From positions 160,001 to 224,000 of the forward strand of contig CAXXUK010000001.1 of assembly GCA_963665125.2 (NCBI GenBank): a stretch of DNA of 64,000 bases, in the 5' to 3' direction. Every line of letters begins with the position of its first letter. The stretch's first letter is position 1. This stretch comes from an uncultured Desulfarculus sp. Its GTDB lineage: Bacteria > Desulfobacterota > Desulfarculia > Desulfarculales > Desulfarculaceae. A program made the translations under genes and the position numbers. Under the pieces are notes generated by a model that was not told where the DNA came from, did no database searches, and saw only the letters and a list, made by a program, of their open reading frames with translations. Of this stretch, positions 9,142-18,199 are shown piece by piece.

Positions 9142-11067
9142 TTAGTAGTCCCACCTGATTCCGGCGTAGACAAAGGCAGGCTGAACTTCGTAGTCCTCGG
9201 TGTCTTCGTCAAGGATGTTCTTCATGCCTGCGTAAACCTGGAAGTCCTTGAATATATCCTTGCCGATCCAGGCGTCCAGGGTGGAATGGTTATCCAGGGC
9301 GTTGCCCATTCCGTCTTCAATGCCGGTGTACCAGGTGTAAGCCACCCTGGTCTTGAGGCCCAACTTGGCCAGGTGCCATTGGAGGTTGACATTGCCCTTG
9401 AACTCGGGCTGATCCGCCAGTTGCTCTCCGGTGTCCTTGTTTTCTGTTTTCAGATAGGTCAGGCCCGCGCCAAGTTTCCAGCCGCAAGGCAGGCGAAGAT
9501 TGCCCAGGAATTCCACACCGCTGGTTTGGGCTTCAGACAGGTTTTCATATCGGTATGTGCTTTTTAGGGATTTGCCGCTGCCTTTTGATGAGATGAGCAC
9601 CGCCTCGATCATGTCGTCGATGTCATTATAAAAATAGGTCAGTTCCATGTCCAGGCCCTGTGCTATATCCAGATTGCTCTGTAGGCCGACTTCAAAGGAG
9701 CGTGATTTCTCGGGATTCAGGTCCGGATTGCCCAGATAGGTGTCTTTGCCTCTTCTTTTGTATGAAGTTACAAAAAGCTCATAAGAGGTTGGCGCCCGGA
9801 ATCCATGGCCATAACTCGCCTTCAAACGCAGGAAATCGGTAATCAGGTAGCTGCCGGTCACACGGGGGCTCCACTCGGAGCCGAATTCGCTGTGATCGTC
9901 GTAGCGCGCTCCGGCAACAATATTGAGCCTTTCGAAGAAGACCATGTCGATCTGGCCGAATCCGGCCGTGTTGTGGGTGTCATATTCCGGTGAGATGTCA
10001 TCGGCGCCCCTGTTGTCGTCCCGGTAATCGCCGCCAAGGGTCACGCTGGCAAAGCTGTTGATCTTGGCATTGAACCGCCCTTCGTATTGCGTGCGTTTGT
10101 ATTTTTCATCGGTAACGAAAAAGGGGTCCGTGGTTTCCGGATCCAGGTCTGCGTCTGTTTTATATTCAGAGTGATAAGCCTGAAGCATAACGCTGTAGTT
10201 CTGGGCGAACTTGCCATCATAGCGCGCAAAGACATCGGCATTATCATCAGTAGCGTCGCGGTCCGTCAGCACGTTCTGGATGTCGCGCTTGCCTTCGCGT
10301 TCAAATTTGCTGTAATACCCACCAAAACTGATGGTGTGGTTTTCCCCAAGGTCCACGGCGGCTTGACCGGATGCGTATTGCTGCTTGAGGTTGTCTCCAT
10401 CATCCGGAGCTTCGTTGTCATGATCCCAGCCATTACGGTTTTTGTAGAGGCCTCCCAGGATAAAGCGGAACGGGCCGATGTCTGTTCCGCCATAGGCTTG
10501 GGGTTGAACGAAATCACCGCCGCTGTGAGTGTTTGTGCCGGCTTTGAGGTCCGCTCCGGCCACCGGTTTTTCCTTAGGCGGTTTTTTTGTAATGACGTTG
10601 ACAACGCCGCCTATGGCGTCACTGCCGAACAGGGCCGAGGTGGGGCCTCTGACGATTTCGATCCGGTCGATCATCAAAGTCGGAATCTGGTTGATATCGC
10701 TAATGCCGCGATAGCCGGGCGCCAGACGCCTGCCGTCGATCAGCACCAGGGTGTGCATTGAGCCACTGCCCCTGATAGACGGCTCAATGACCCTGCCGGA
10801 AGCCATGCCCAGAGTCAGGCCGACCGCTTCTTCCAAGGCTTCGGATACCGTATCAGCACCCATCTCCCTGATCTGTTCCTGGCTGACGACCTGGATTGAA
10901 ACCGGGGCCTGGGAGAGCTTTTGCTCATCCAGAGTTGCTGAAACGACCATGGGCTCTATTTTTTCCTTTTTAGGCGATGCCGGGGCTACTGCGGCAGCGC
11001 ATTCCGCTGCCACCAAGCCTGTCAGTGCAAGCACCATTAGCGTTGTTTTCAATACTGCAAGGCGCAT
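9142..11067 (-). CDS. TonB-dependent receptor (CirA/BtuB-like)
   Basis: Plug motifs HTLVLIDGRR and IDRIEIVRGPTSALFGSDAIGGVVNVIT, GNPDLNPEKS, aromatic C-terminus; likely start ATG 11067. Confidence 0.95.
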   Translation of the reverse strand: MRLAVLKTTLMVLALTGLVAAECAAAVAPASPKKEKIEPMVVSATLDEQKLSQAPVSIQVVSQEQIREMGADTVSEALEEAVGLTLGMASGRVIEPSIRGSGSMHTLVLIDGRRLAPGYRGISDINQIPTLMIDRIEIVRGPTSALFGSDAIGGVVNVITKKPPKEKPVAGADLKAGTNTHSGGDFVQPQAYGGTDIGPFRFILGGLYKNRNGWDHDNEAPDDGDNLKQQYASGQAAVDLGENHTISFGGYYSKFEREGKRDIQNVLTDRDATDDNADVFARYDGKFAQNYSVMLQAYHSEYKTDADLDPETTDPFFVTDEKYKRTQYEGRFNAKINSFASVTLGGDYRDDNRGADDISPEYDTHNTAGFGQIDMVFFERLNIVAGARYDDHSEFGSEWSPRVTGSYLITDFLRLKASYGHGFRAPTSYELFVTSYKRRGKDTYLGNPDLNPEKSRSFEVGLQSNLDIAQGLDMELTYFYNDIDDMIEAVLISSKGSGKSLKSTYRYENLSEAQTSGVEFLGNLRLPCGWKLGAGLTYLKTENKDTGEQLADQPEFKGNVNLQWHLAKLGLKTRVAYTWYTGIEDGMGNALDNHSTLDAWIGKDIFKDFQVYAGMKNILDEDTEDYEVQPAFVYAGIRWDY

Positions 11068-11637
11068 GTTGAATTCTCCCCATTGCGGTAGTTTGTGTAA
11101 GGCTTTAGTGTTGAAATTAGATAAATCTAAATAAAATAAAAAACAATAAAAAAATAATATAAACCTGATATGGTCCAATAGGGTTGATGCTGCTTGTTGC
11201 TCAACTGTTTGAAAAAGATTGCGAAAATGGTTTGATATGGGGCGTGCGGTCAGTATAGAACGAGAGGTAAATGTACTATGATGGCATAAGATGCTGAAAT
11301 AATATCATTAATTATATATATGGTTAGTAATAATTAGTCGAGGCCCATGGTGAAGGGACCGTTTTGCCTTTGCATGGAAATATTTTATAAATGGTAATTA
11401 TTGATTAAAAACAAATAATTAGACATCAATACGGTCTATTTGCGCTGTCTGGTTACTGTATCAGATATGGGGCACCGGTGGGCGAGATGTATTGGGGATG
11501 ACAAGTGAAAAATGGATAACAAAAAGTTAGAATGATAAAATAATTATATACTACTCAAATAAATATATTTTATCATAGCAATTTCACGGGATTAGGCATT
11601 GCCACCTCCAATGATCACACCACATCACTAGGTGTTG

Positions 11638-11880
11638 TGATCTAACCCAGGAACAACGGATATTTGGTTAAACGACAATTTGGTTTTCAAAGGCCAAAGA
11701 GTTGATGTAGCAAAGGGCACGGTGCTTCGTGTTGCGGTTATAGTGCGCATCAAAAAAATGCCCTAACACTGCCCGGCACATGTCCTGACGGCTGGCAAAG
11801 CTTTCGCCGATGATCTGCTATGGTTTGATACAGGGGAACATCTGCAAGGTTCAGTCCTCGGCAATTCATGCGGCTTCATC
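11638..11880 (-). mobile_element. Degenerate IS3-family right-end relic
   Basis: Starts with the IR TGATCTAACCCAG; minus strand translates GESFASRQDMCRAV...YNRNTKH...SLAFENQIVV*, matching the OrfB C-terminus at 13000-13140. Confidence 0.75.
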
Positions 11881-12201
11881 TTGTGCTAATTTGACGAAAA
11901 GTGAGGAGGTCGGCAAACTCTTGGGTCGTGATTCGGGATAAGGGGTAACAGGGTCCGGCTGGCGGGACGGCCTCGTTCATCCTATCTTATGAAGAGTAGC
12001 GAAACTGCCAGGCGATGGCTTTGGTCCCGTTATGCCCATTCACCGAGAAGTTGGCTTTCTAATTTGGCTGGGACTTTGGCTGGGACTTTTTGTAAAAATG
12101 CTGCCAAAATCGGCAAAAATGGGAAAAGGCTGAAAAAGTGATTGTCTTGCGATATCAAAGAGTTCCTAAGAATTGAGGAGGTTAGGAAACTCAGAGGTAT
12201 A

Positions 12202-12248
12202 GCCTCCGGAGCCAAAGGCCGTTGGTTCGAATCCCGCACCGCCCACCA
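12202..12248 (+). pseudogene. 3' half tRNA fragment (Arg-CCG anticodon loop to CCA end); att-site core
   Basis: GCCTCCGGAGCCAAAGGCCGTTGGTTCGAATCCCGCACCGCCCACCA contains anticodon loop, T-loop and CCA; no 5' half upstream. Confidence 0.8.
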
Positions 12249-12261
12249 CAATGATATCAAT

Positions 12262-12296
12262 AGGTTAGGGTCTCTTTGGAGGCCCTAACCTTTTTT
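12262..12296 (+). terminator. Intrinsic terminator after the tRNA fragment
   Basis: AGGTTAGGGTCTC-TTTG-GAGGCCCTAACCT followed by a T-run. Confidence 0.75.
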
Positions 12297-12359
12297 GTTG
12301 CATGCCCTGTTCCCCACACTATTCCCCACATGGATTATCACCTGCCACCATATCACCTG

Positions 12360-13170
12360 CCTATGGCCGGCGGCGCAGGGTGCAAAATCCCAGCCAAAGG
12401 CAGGTGGAGCGTGAGAGGCTCGATCACCTGGTGAAAGAAGCCTTTGAAGTTCGCAAGGGCCGTAGCGGAGCAGTTGGGCTGACTCTCGATATTGATGAGC
12501 AGGGCTGCAAATACAACCGCAAAACAGTGGCCAAAAGCATGAATAGGCAGGGCCTTGTAGCTAAAGCGGCCAGAAAGTTCAAGGCCACCACGGATTCGGG
12601 CCATAGTCTGCCGGTGGCTCCAAATCTATTGGCCCAGGACTTTAGCGCAACCGCTCCAAATCAGAGGTGGGTCTGCGATATCACCTACCTTTGGACCGGC
12701 GAGGGCTGGTTGTATCTGGCAGTGTTGCTCGACCTGTTTTCGCGCATGGTGGTGGGCTGGGCCATGGATAAGCGTATGAAAGCCGACCTGGTCTGTGACG
12801 CCTTGCAGATGGCCTTGTGGCGGCGGCATATGCCCAAAGGTGTGATGGTCCATTCGGATCGTGGCAGCCAGTACTGCTCCCGGAAATACTAGACCCTTTT
12901 AACCAAGCATGAGCTGGTTTGCAGCATTAGCGGCAAAGGTAATTGCTACGACAACGCCGTGGCCGAAAGCTTCTTTCATACCCTCAAGGTGGAAATGGTC
13001 CATGGTGAGCGCTTCGCCACTCGCCAGGACATGCGCCGGGCCGTATTCGAGTATATCGAGGTTGACTACAACCGTATCAGGAGGCACAGTGCCAACGGCT
13101 ACATCAGCCCGTTGGCTTTTGAGGATCAAATAGTCGCTCAACAAACTGTCCGTTGTTTGTGTGCATGATC
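12360..13170 (+). pseudogene. IS3-family transposase OrfB, 5'-truncated, with internal stop
   Basis: WVCDITY, WLYLAVLLDLFSR, HSDRGSQY, then TAG at 12890-12892, then in-frame GNCYDNAVAESFF; degenerate right IR near 13145-13170. Confidence 0.92.
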
Positions 13171-13423
13171 CCCCTGCCAATTACCGACCCCTCTGGCCCC
13201 GGTTCCGTACTGCCTAGACATGTTGATCCGATATTGAGGGACAGGTTGGTATGGCCTAAGGCCATCTTAGCTGTTTGACTCGCGAAAAACGATGGACTAA
13301 CATGAGTTATGATTTGCGTTTGAAACCTACTTGTTTGATTGTTGGGGGGAAAGTACCTGAGAACATTTGAAATATCTGCGAGGCAACACGGCGATTTGAG
13401 ACTTTTCAAGGAAGCGGCATAAC

Positions 13424-16201
13424 ATGATTCGCAGATTTGTTATCCTGATTATCCTGATTGTGGCGGCAGCCGCGGCGTTGGATTTTTTATTACAACAGTA
13501 TCTACAGGACCGTCATCAAAGCGATCAGGTGCGCAGTGTTTCCTCGCGCCTGGCTACCCTCCGGGTCCATTTGGAAAAAGAAATCGTCAGCAACCTACTG
13601 CTCGCCCAGGGCACTGCCAACTACATTTCCATGAATCCCCAATTGTCCCAAAAAGAGTTTGACCGATACGTTCGCCAGGTAATGCGCAACAAGAATTCGT
13701 TGCGCAACGTGGTCGCGGCGCCTGATTTCATAATGTCTTATGTCTATCCTCTGGAAGGTAATCAAGCCGTGTTGGGGGTGGACTACCGCAAACTACCCAG
13801 ACAGTGGGAGCAGGCGCGCCGGGCAAAAGAGACTGGACAGATGGTGGTTGCCGGACCTCTCAAGCTGGTTCAAGGGGGCACCGGGCTAATCGGCAGAGTC
13901 CCTGTTTATATGGAAGACCCCGATGGAGATCATTTTTGGGGCTTGGTGTCCGCTGTCATCAATATAGACAACCTTTACCAAACCGTGGGCATGGACAAAT
14001 TGTCCGACCTTGACCTTGCCATCAGAGGGGTTGACGGCAAAGGGGCGGAGGGAGCGGTTTTTCTTGGCGATCCCAAACTCTTCGAACCGGGCCGGGATTC
14101 GGTGATCATGCCGGTTAGCTTTCCTTCGGGATCCTGGCGGATTGCGGCCCTACCCAAAAGGGGCTGGACGGAGGCGGCGCCCTTCGGATTGCTGGCGCAT
14201 GTCATCATTGCTCTGTTGGCTGTTGTTGTTTTGCTGATTACATTCAAGATAATGAAAAACCAACAGGAAGTGGAGCAGGCCAAACAAAGCCTGGACGAGG
14301 CCCAGGCCATCGCCCATCTGGGCAACTGGGAGTTGCAGGCCGAAAGAGGCACACTGTGGTGGTCTGATGAAACCTATCGCATCTTTGGCGTGAAAAAAGG
14401 AGTTTTCGCGCCAAACCTAAAGAGTTTTTTAAACTTGGTCCATCCCGAAGACCGGGACAGTGTGGGTAACTTTTTTTCCGCGCGAGTGCAGACGGCTGGA
14501 TCTCACAGCCTGGAACACCGGATTATTCTACCCAACGGATCAGAGCGTTATGTCTATGAGCAAAGTGTCGGCCAAGATGAGGGCGACAGTACCCGCCTGC
14601 GTTCCACGGGTACGGTCCTGGATATCACCGAGCGCAAGCAGGCGGAAATTACGCTTCAAAATTCAGAGGAGCGCTACCGCGAGCTTTTCGACTCAATAAG
14701 CGATCTGATTTACACCCAGGATATGGAGGGCAGGTTTCTCTCCGCCAATCCGGCCTTGCACAAGCTCTTCGGCTACACCGCAGATGAATTTTTGGGGGAC
14801 AAGGCGGCGAACTACATGGACCCGGAAATGGGGGCGCTGTTTGCCAGCGATTACCTGGGAAGTTTGAAGCAACAGGGCAAGCATGAAGGCATTACCAAAT
14901 ACTACTGCAAAGATGGCTCGGAAATATATTTGGAGTACCGTAGTGAATTGGTCAGGCCTGAAAACGGGGAGCCGTACATCAGTGGCATAGGAAGGGACGT
15001 AACATCAAGGATCAAGGCGCAAAGAGAGAAGAAAAGCCTGGAAATCCAACTGCAACAGGCCCATAAGATGGAGGCGGTAGGCACCCTTGCCGGAGGCATA
15101 GCCCATGACTTCAACAATATCCTGGCGGCCATCATCGGGTACACGGAACTGGCTTGGGGTGTGAGCAAAGAGGGCGGAGACAATACCCAACTGCTGGACA
15201 ACATATTAAAAGCGGCCGGACGCGCCAGCAAACTGGTTCAGCAAATATTGGCCTTCAGCCGCAAGGCGGCGTTTGAAATGAAGCCGCTGGACCTCAATAG
15301 GGAAATTTTCGACACCGTCCAGCTCATAGAACGCACCATTCCCAAGATGATATCAATAGAACTCCATCTGGATCAGGACCTGCGGCAGGTCTCGGGCGAC
15401 TCCAATCAAATCGAGCAGGTGCTGCTCAATCTGGCAGGAAACGCCAGGGATGCCATGCCCGAAGGGGGCAAGCTGACGATAAAGACCGAAAATGTGACCT
15501 TGGACCAGGGGAGCACGAATGGCCAACTAGACCCTTCGTCGGGAGACTATGTGCGGATTACCGTATCCGACAATGGCCAAGGCATGGACGAAAAAACCTT
15601 GGAACACATTTTCGATCCCTTTTTTACAACCAAGGAGGTGGGCAAAGGCACTGGGCTGGGCTTGGCATCGGCCTATGGCATAATTAAGAGCCACGGCGGT
15701 GAAATCGTCTGCCGCAGCGAACTGGGCAGGGGCACCACTTTCGCGATTTATTTGCCCGCTCTGGAATCCGCTCCCCACACTAACGATTCAGCGATGGTGA
15801 ACGTGGATCTCATCCCCGGCGGCACTGAAACCGTACTGCTGGTTGATGATGATGACGCTTTAAGGGACATTGGCACCCATGTGTTAGGGAGAAAGGGCTA
15901 CCAGGTTCTAACGGCCATGAACGGAGAAGAGGCCCTGGAAATCTACGGCTCGCAGACCTCAGCCATTGATCTTGTCATTCTTGACATCAGCATGCCTGGC
16001 ATGGGCGGGCATAAGTGTCTCCAGGAAATTCTTAAGATTAACCCCGAGGCCAAGGTTGTTGTCGCCAGCGGATATTCGAGCCAGGGCCAATTGAAGGAGA
16101 CTCTTACTGCCGGTGCCACCGCTTACATCGCCAAACCTTTCCAGATGGCCGATATGTTAAGTACAGTGCGTCAAGTGCTGGATGGTCAATGGGTGATCTA
16201 A
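13424..16201 (+). CDS. Hybrid sensor histidine kinase (CHASE, PAS x2, HisKA/HATPase, REC)
   Basis: AGPLKLVQGG CHASE motif between TM helices, AGGIAHDFNN, FFTTKEVGKGTGLGL, LVILDISMPG. Confidence 0.95.
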   Translation: MIRRFVILIILIVAAAAALDFLLQQYLQDRHQSDQVRSVSSRLATLRVHLEKEIVSNLLLAQGTANYISMNPQLSQKEFDRYVRQVMRNKNSLRNVVAAPDFIMSYVYPLEGNQAVLGVDYRKLPRQWEQARRAKETGQMVVAGPLKLVQGGTGLIGRVPVYMEDPDGDHFWGLVSAVINIDNLYQTVGMDKLSDLDLAIRGVDGKGAEGAVFLGDPKLFEPGRDSVIMPVSFPSGSWRIAALPKRGWTEAAPFGLLAHVIIALLAVVVLLITFKIMKNQQEVEQAKQSLDEAQAIAHLGNWELQAERGTLWWSDETYRIFGVKKGVFAPNLKSFLNLVHPEDRDSVGNFFSARVQTAGSHSLEHRIILPNGSERYVYEQSVGQDEGDSTRLRSTGTVLDITERKQAEITLQNSEERYRELFDSISDLIYTQDMEGRFLSANPALHKLFGYTADEFLGDKAANYMDPEMGALFASDYLGSLKQQGKHEGITKYYCKDGSEIYLEYRSELVRPENGEPYISGIGRDVTSRIKAQREKKSLEIQLQQAHKMEAVGTLAGGIAHDFNNILAAIIGYTELAWGVSKEGGDNTQLLDNILKAAGRASKLVQQILAFSRKAAFEMKPLDLNREIFDTVQLIERTIPKMISIELHLDQDLRQVSGDSNQIEQVLLNLAGNARDAMPEGGKLTIKTENVTLDQGSTNGQLDPSSGDYVRITVSDNGQGMDEKTLEHIFDPFFTTKEVGKGTGLGLASAYGIIKSHGGEIVCRSELGRGTTFAIYLPALESAPHTNDSAMVNVDLIPGGTETVLLVDDDDALRDIGTHVLGRKGYQVLTAMNGEEALEIYGSQTSAIDLVILDISMPGMGGHKCLQEILKINPEAKVVVASGYSSQGQLKETLTAGATAYIAKPFQMADMLSTVRQVLDGQWVI

Positions 16202-16415
16202 CCCAGTAACAACGGACATTTGGTTAAGCGACAGCTTTGTTTTCAAATGCCAGCGGGCTGTTATCGCGGTTGGTACCGTGTCTCCCGTTACGGTTGTCAT
16301 GCACCTCGGTATACCCGAACACGGTTTTTCGCATACTTCTGGTGGTTGGATTTTCATTAAAGTGATCATAAGGGGGTATCTGCAAGGCTCACCACACCAC
16401 CATTCGTGAGGCTTT
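16194..16415 (-). mobile_element. Second degenerate IS3-family right-end relic
   Basis: TGATCTAACCCAGTAACAACGGAC; minus strand translates MRKTVFGYTEVHDNRNGRH...SPLAFENKAVA*. Confidence 0.75.
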
Positions 16416-16494
16416 AATAAATATACTAAGTTCCCACACTGTTGCTTGTCCGATACCGGTGGTGCCGGCTCGCAATGCAAATGGATGTTAGACC

Positions 16495-16806
16495 TTGCCA
16501 TTTCTCCTACCGTTTGGGGCTTGGGGAGGTGTCGGCGCATTTTGGCCGGATGGTCCGATCTGGCGGGTGCAGTTGGTTGCGCTGATCACGGTGCCGCTGC
16601 TGTTTCTCCTGGCTTGGCTTGGCGCCGACTGGGCCACCCGTTTCCGGTACGTTGTAATTGCCGTGTCAGTTTTGGCCCTGCTATCGTTTTTCATCGGCGG
16701 CATTCCTCACATGAACATGGGCCATATTGTCCGGCAAATGGAGGCCACCGCTCTGGAGGCCCCACGCGTTACCTGGCGGGTAAAACTATACGATAAGTAC
16801 CGGTAA
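16495..16806 (+). pseudogene. Fragment of an amino-acid permease / cation-chloride cotransporter-like gene
   Basis: Isolated two-TM stretch LLAWLGADWATRFRYVVIAVSVLALLSFFIGG; no intact start or full-length frame. Confidence 0.45.
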
Positions 16807-17172
16807 TGTGTTCATGGGCAAACTCTAAAACCGGTCTCAATTTATAAAGGCGTACGGGCGCTTGCCGACAAAATAAAATGCGGTTGACCGGCTAATTAAA
16901 AAACAGCTATGATATTTAATATATATAACTTTAGATCGGCCCATAGCTGCCTTGGCTCTACGAAATACTGGGCCCACCATATCAACAATTTATTACAAAC
17001 AAAACGGAACGCAGCACAAGTTTCCTAGGCCTCGAAGTTCTGCTGTTGAAGCCTGATATGATATTAAAATTAAAGGTATGCGCTAAAGGTTTAGAGGGGA
17101 ATATCTGCGATGGGCAGATGGTTTTTCATAAAACGTACCGCTTATTGCCAAGCTTAATAGGAAGGGCATATA

Positions 17173-18006
17173 ATGCACAGAAAAATAATGCCATACAGGC
17201 ATGGTTTTCTATCATCATCAAATATATTTTTTCTTGGTTTTTCGCTTGTCATTTTACTTTTTATTGCCAACATTGCCATCGCCCAAAGTACAAGCCACAA
17301 TGGCGGACAGTGGCTTGGCGTTGGGGGCAAAATGCTAATCTCAGGCAATGGCCATTTCAGTAATAAATGGATTGCGGCACACAGGTATGGACACGGCAAT
17401 GGCAAGTACTGGAAGAATGATGAGCCCACGTCAAATCCGGCCACTGGCAAACAAATACCGGCTAGGCACACACAAGATGAAGTAGACAAGGACGTATGGA
17501 AGCTCAAAGGACATATTAAGGTGCTTGGCCCCGGATTTCTTGGTATTTTCATGAGAAGCAAAGGTGCCTATGCTGTATTAAAGCGGTCTACAATAGACAG
17601 TGTATTTCGGACCCATGATTTGGGCAGGGATCAATGGGTGACCTCCTCCGACGGCAAAGGGAGGTGGCAACTGGCCGGCGTAGTGAATGTTGACCCAACC
17701 AACTCAAATGCAACGGGCGGCTGGGTGCCTGCGGGCGAACCAACGAGCGTTGATGTGTGGGTTTACAACCCGTTGAGTCACTGGGGTGTCTGGGGAAAAG
17801 GCTATGGTGCGCCGAAGGATGTTGAATTTGAAGTTTGGTTTTTCCCCCGTAGGGGCGGCAAAGTAATCGAGGTGTTCAAATATTGCCGCGGAAAGAAAAT
17901 TGATATCACAACCGGTGACAAACCGTGCAGACGCGAACCTTTTGTGTACAAGCCAAAAGTCGACATCGGCGCCCCCACCAACAGAGAAGGAGCAGGCTCA
18001 CGCTAA
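17173..18006 (+). CDS. Hypothetical secreted protein
   Basis: 277-aa ORF with signal-like N-terminus (..IAIA-Q) and Trp/Gly-rich body. Confidence 0.65.
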   Translation: MHRKIMPYRHGFLSSSNIFFLGFSLVILLFIANIAIAQSTSHNGGQWLGVGGKMLISGNGHFSNKWIAAHRYGHGNGKYWKNDEPTSNPATGKQIPARHTQDEVDKDVWKLKGHIKVLGPGFLGIFMRSKGAYAVLKRSTIDSVFRTHDLGRDQWVTSSDGKGRWQLAGVVNVDPTNSNATGGWVPAGEPTSVDVWVYNPLSHWGVWGKGYGAPKDVEFEVWFFPRRGGKVIEVFKYCRGKKIDITTGDKPCRREPFVYKPKVDIGAPTNREGAGSR

Positions 18007-18139
18007 CTGTTTTGACCGGCTTCCATGGCCTATTTCCAGCTCCATGCCTGTCATGATAGTCCATGAATCGGTATTACAAGCAATGGCCCGTGCTTGAGCG
18101 CCTTGCAGGATACGGAATTGTTTTTTAGCCATCACAAAG

Positions 18140-18172
18140 AAAGGGTCAGGCGCTGTCGCCCAACCCTTTTTT
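18140..18172. terminator. Putative terminator between convergent genes
   Basis: AAAGGGT-CAGGCG-CTGT-CGCC-CAACCCTTTTTT. Confidence 0.55.
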
Positions 18173-18199
18173 ATGGCATATACGATATGCGGTTAATCG

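Noticed and set aside
11068..11640. Possible cobalamin riboswitch upstream of the BtuB-like receptor
   Set aside because: No B12-box elements (GGGAA, GCAACTGT, GCCACTG) found on the minus strand; only an AT-rich promoter region with an 11-bp inverted repeat at 11532-11576
12202..12248. Functional tRNA gene
   Set aside because: The D-arm and 5' acceptor strand are absent; only the 3' half is present
12030..12260. 76-aa minus-strand ORF
   Set aside because: It is the antisense translation of the tRNA fragment and att arm repeats (KVPAKVPA)
12890..12892. In-frame TAG in the transposase as pyrrolysine or programmed readthrough
   Set aside because: The element is 5'-truncated with a degenerate end, so a nonsense mutation is the simpler explanation
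16810..17170. GGCAAAC and other fragments reminiscent of a c-di-GMP-I riboswitch
   Set aside because: The required GNRA hairpin and GCAAAGC/GGyCTAA arrangement could not be assembled
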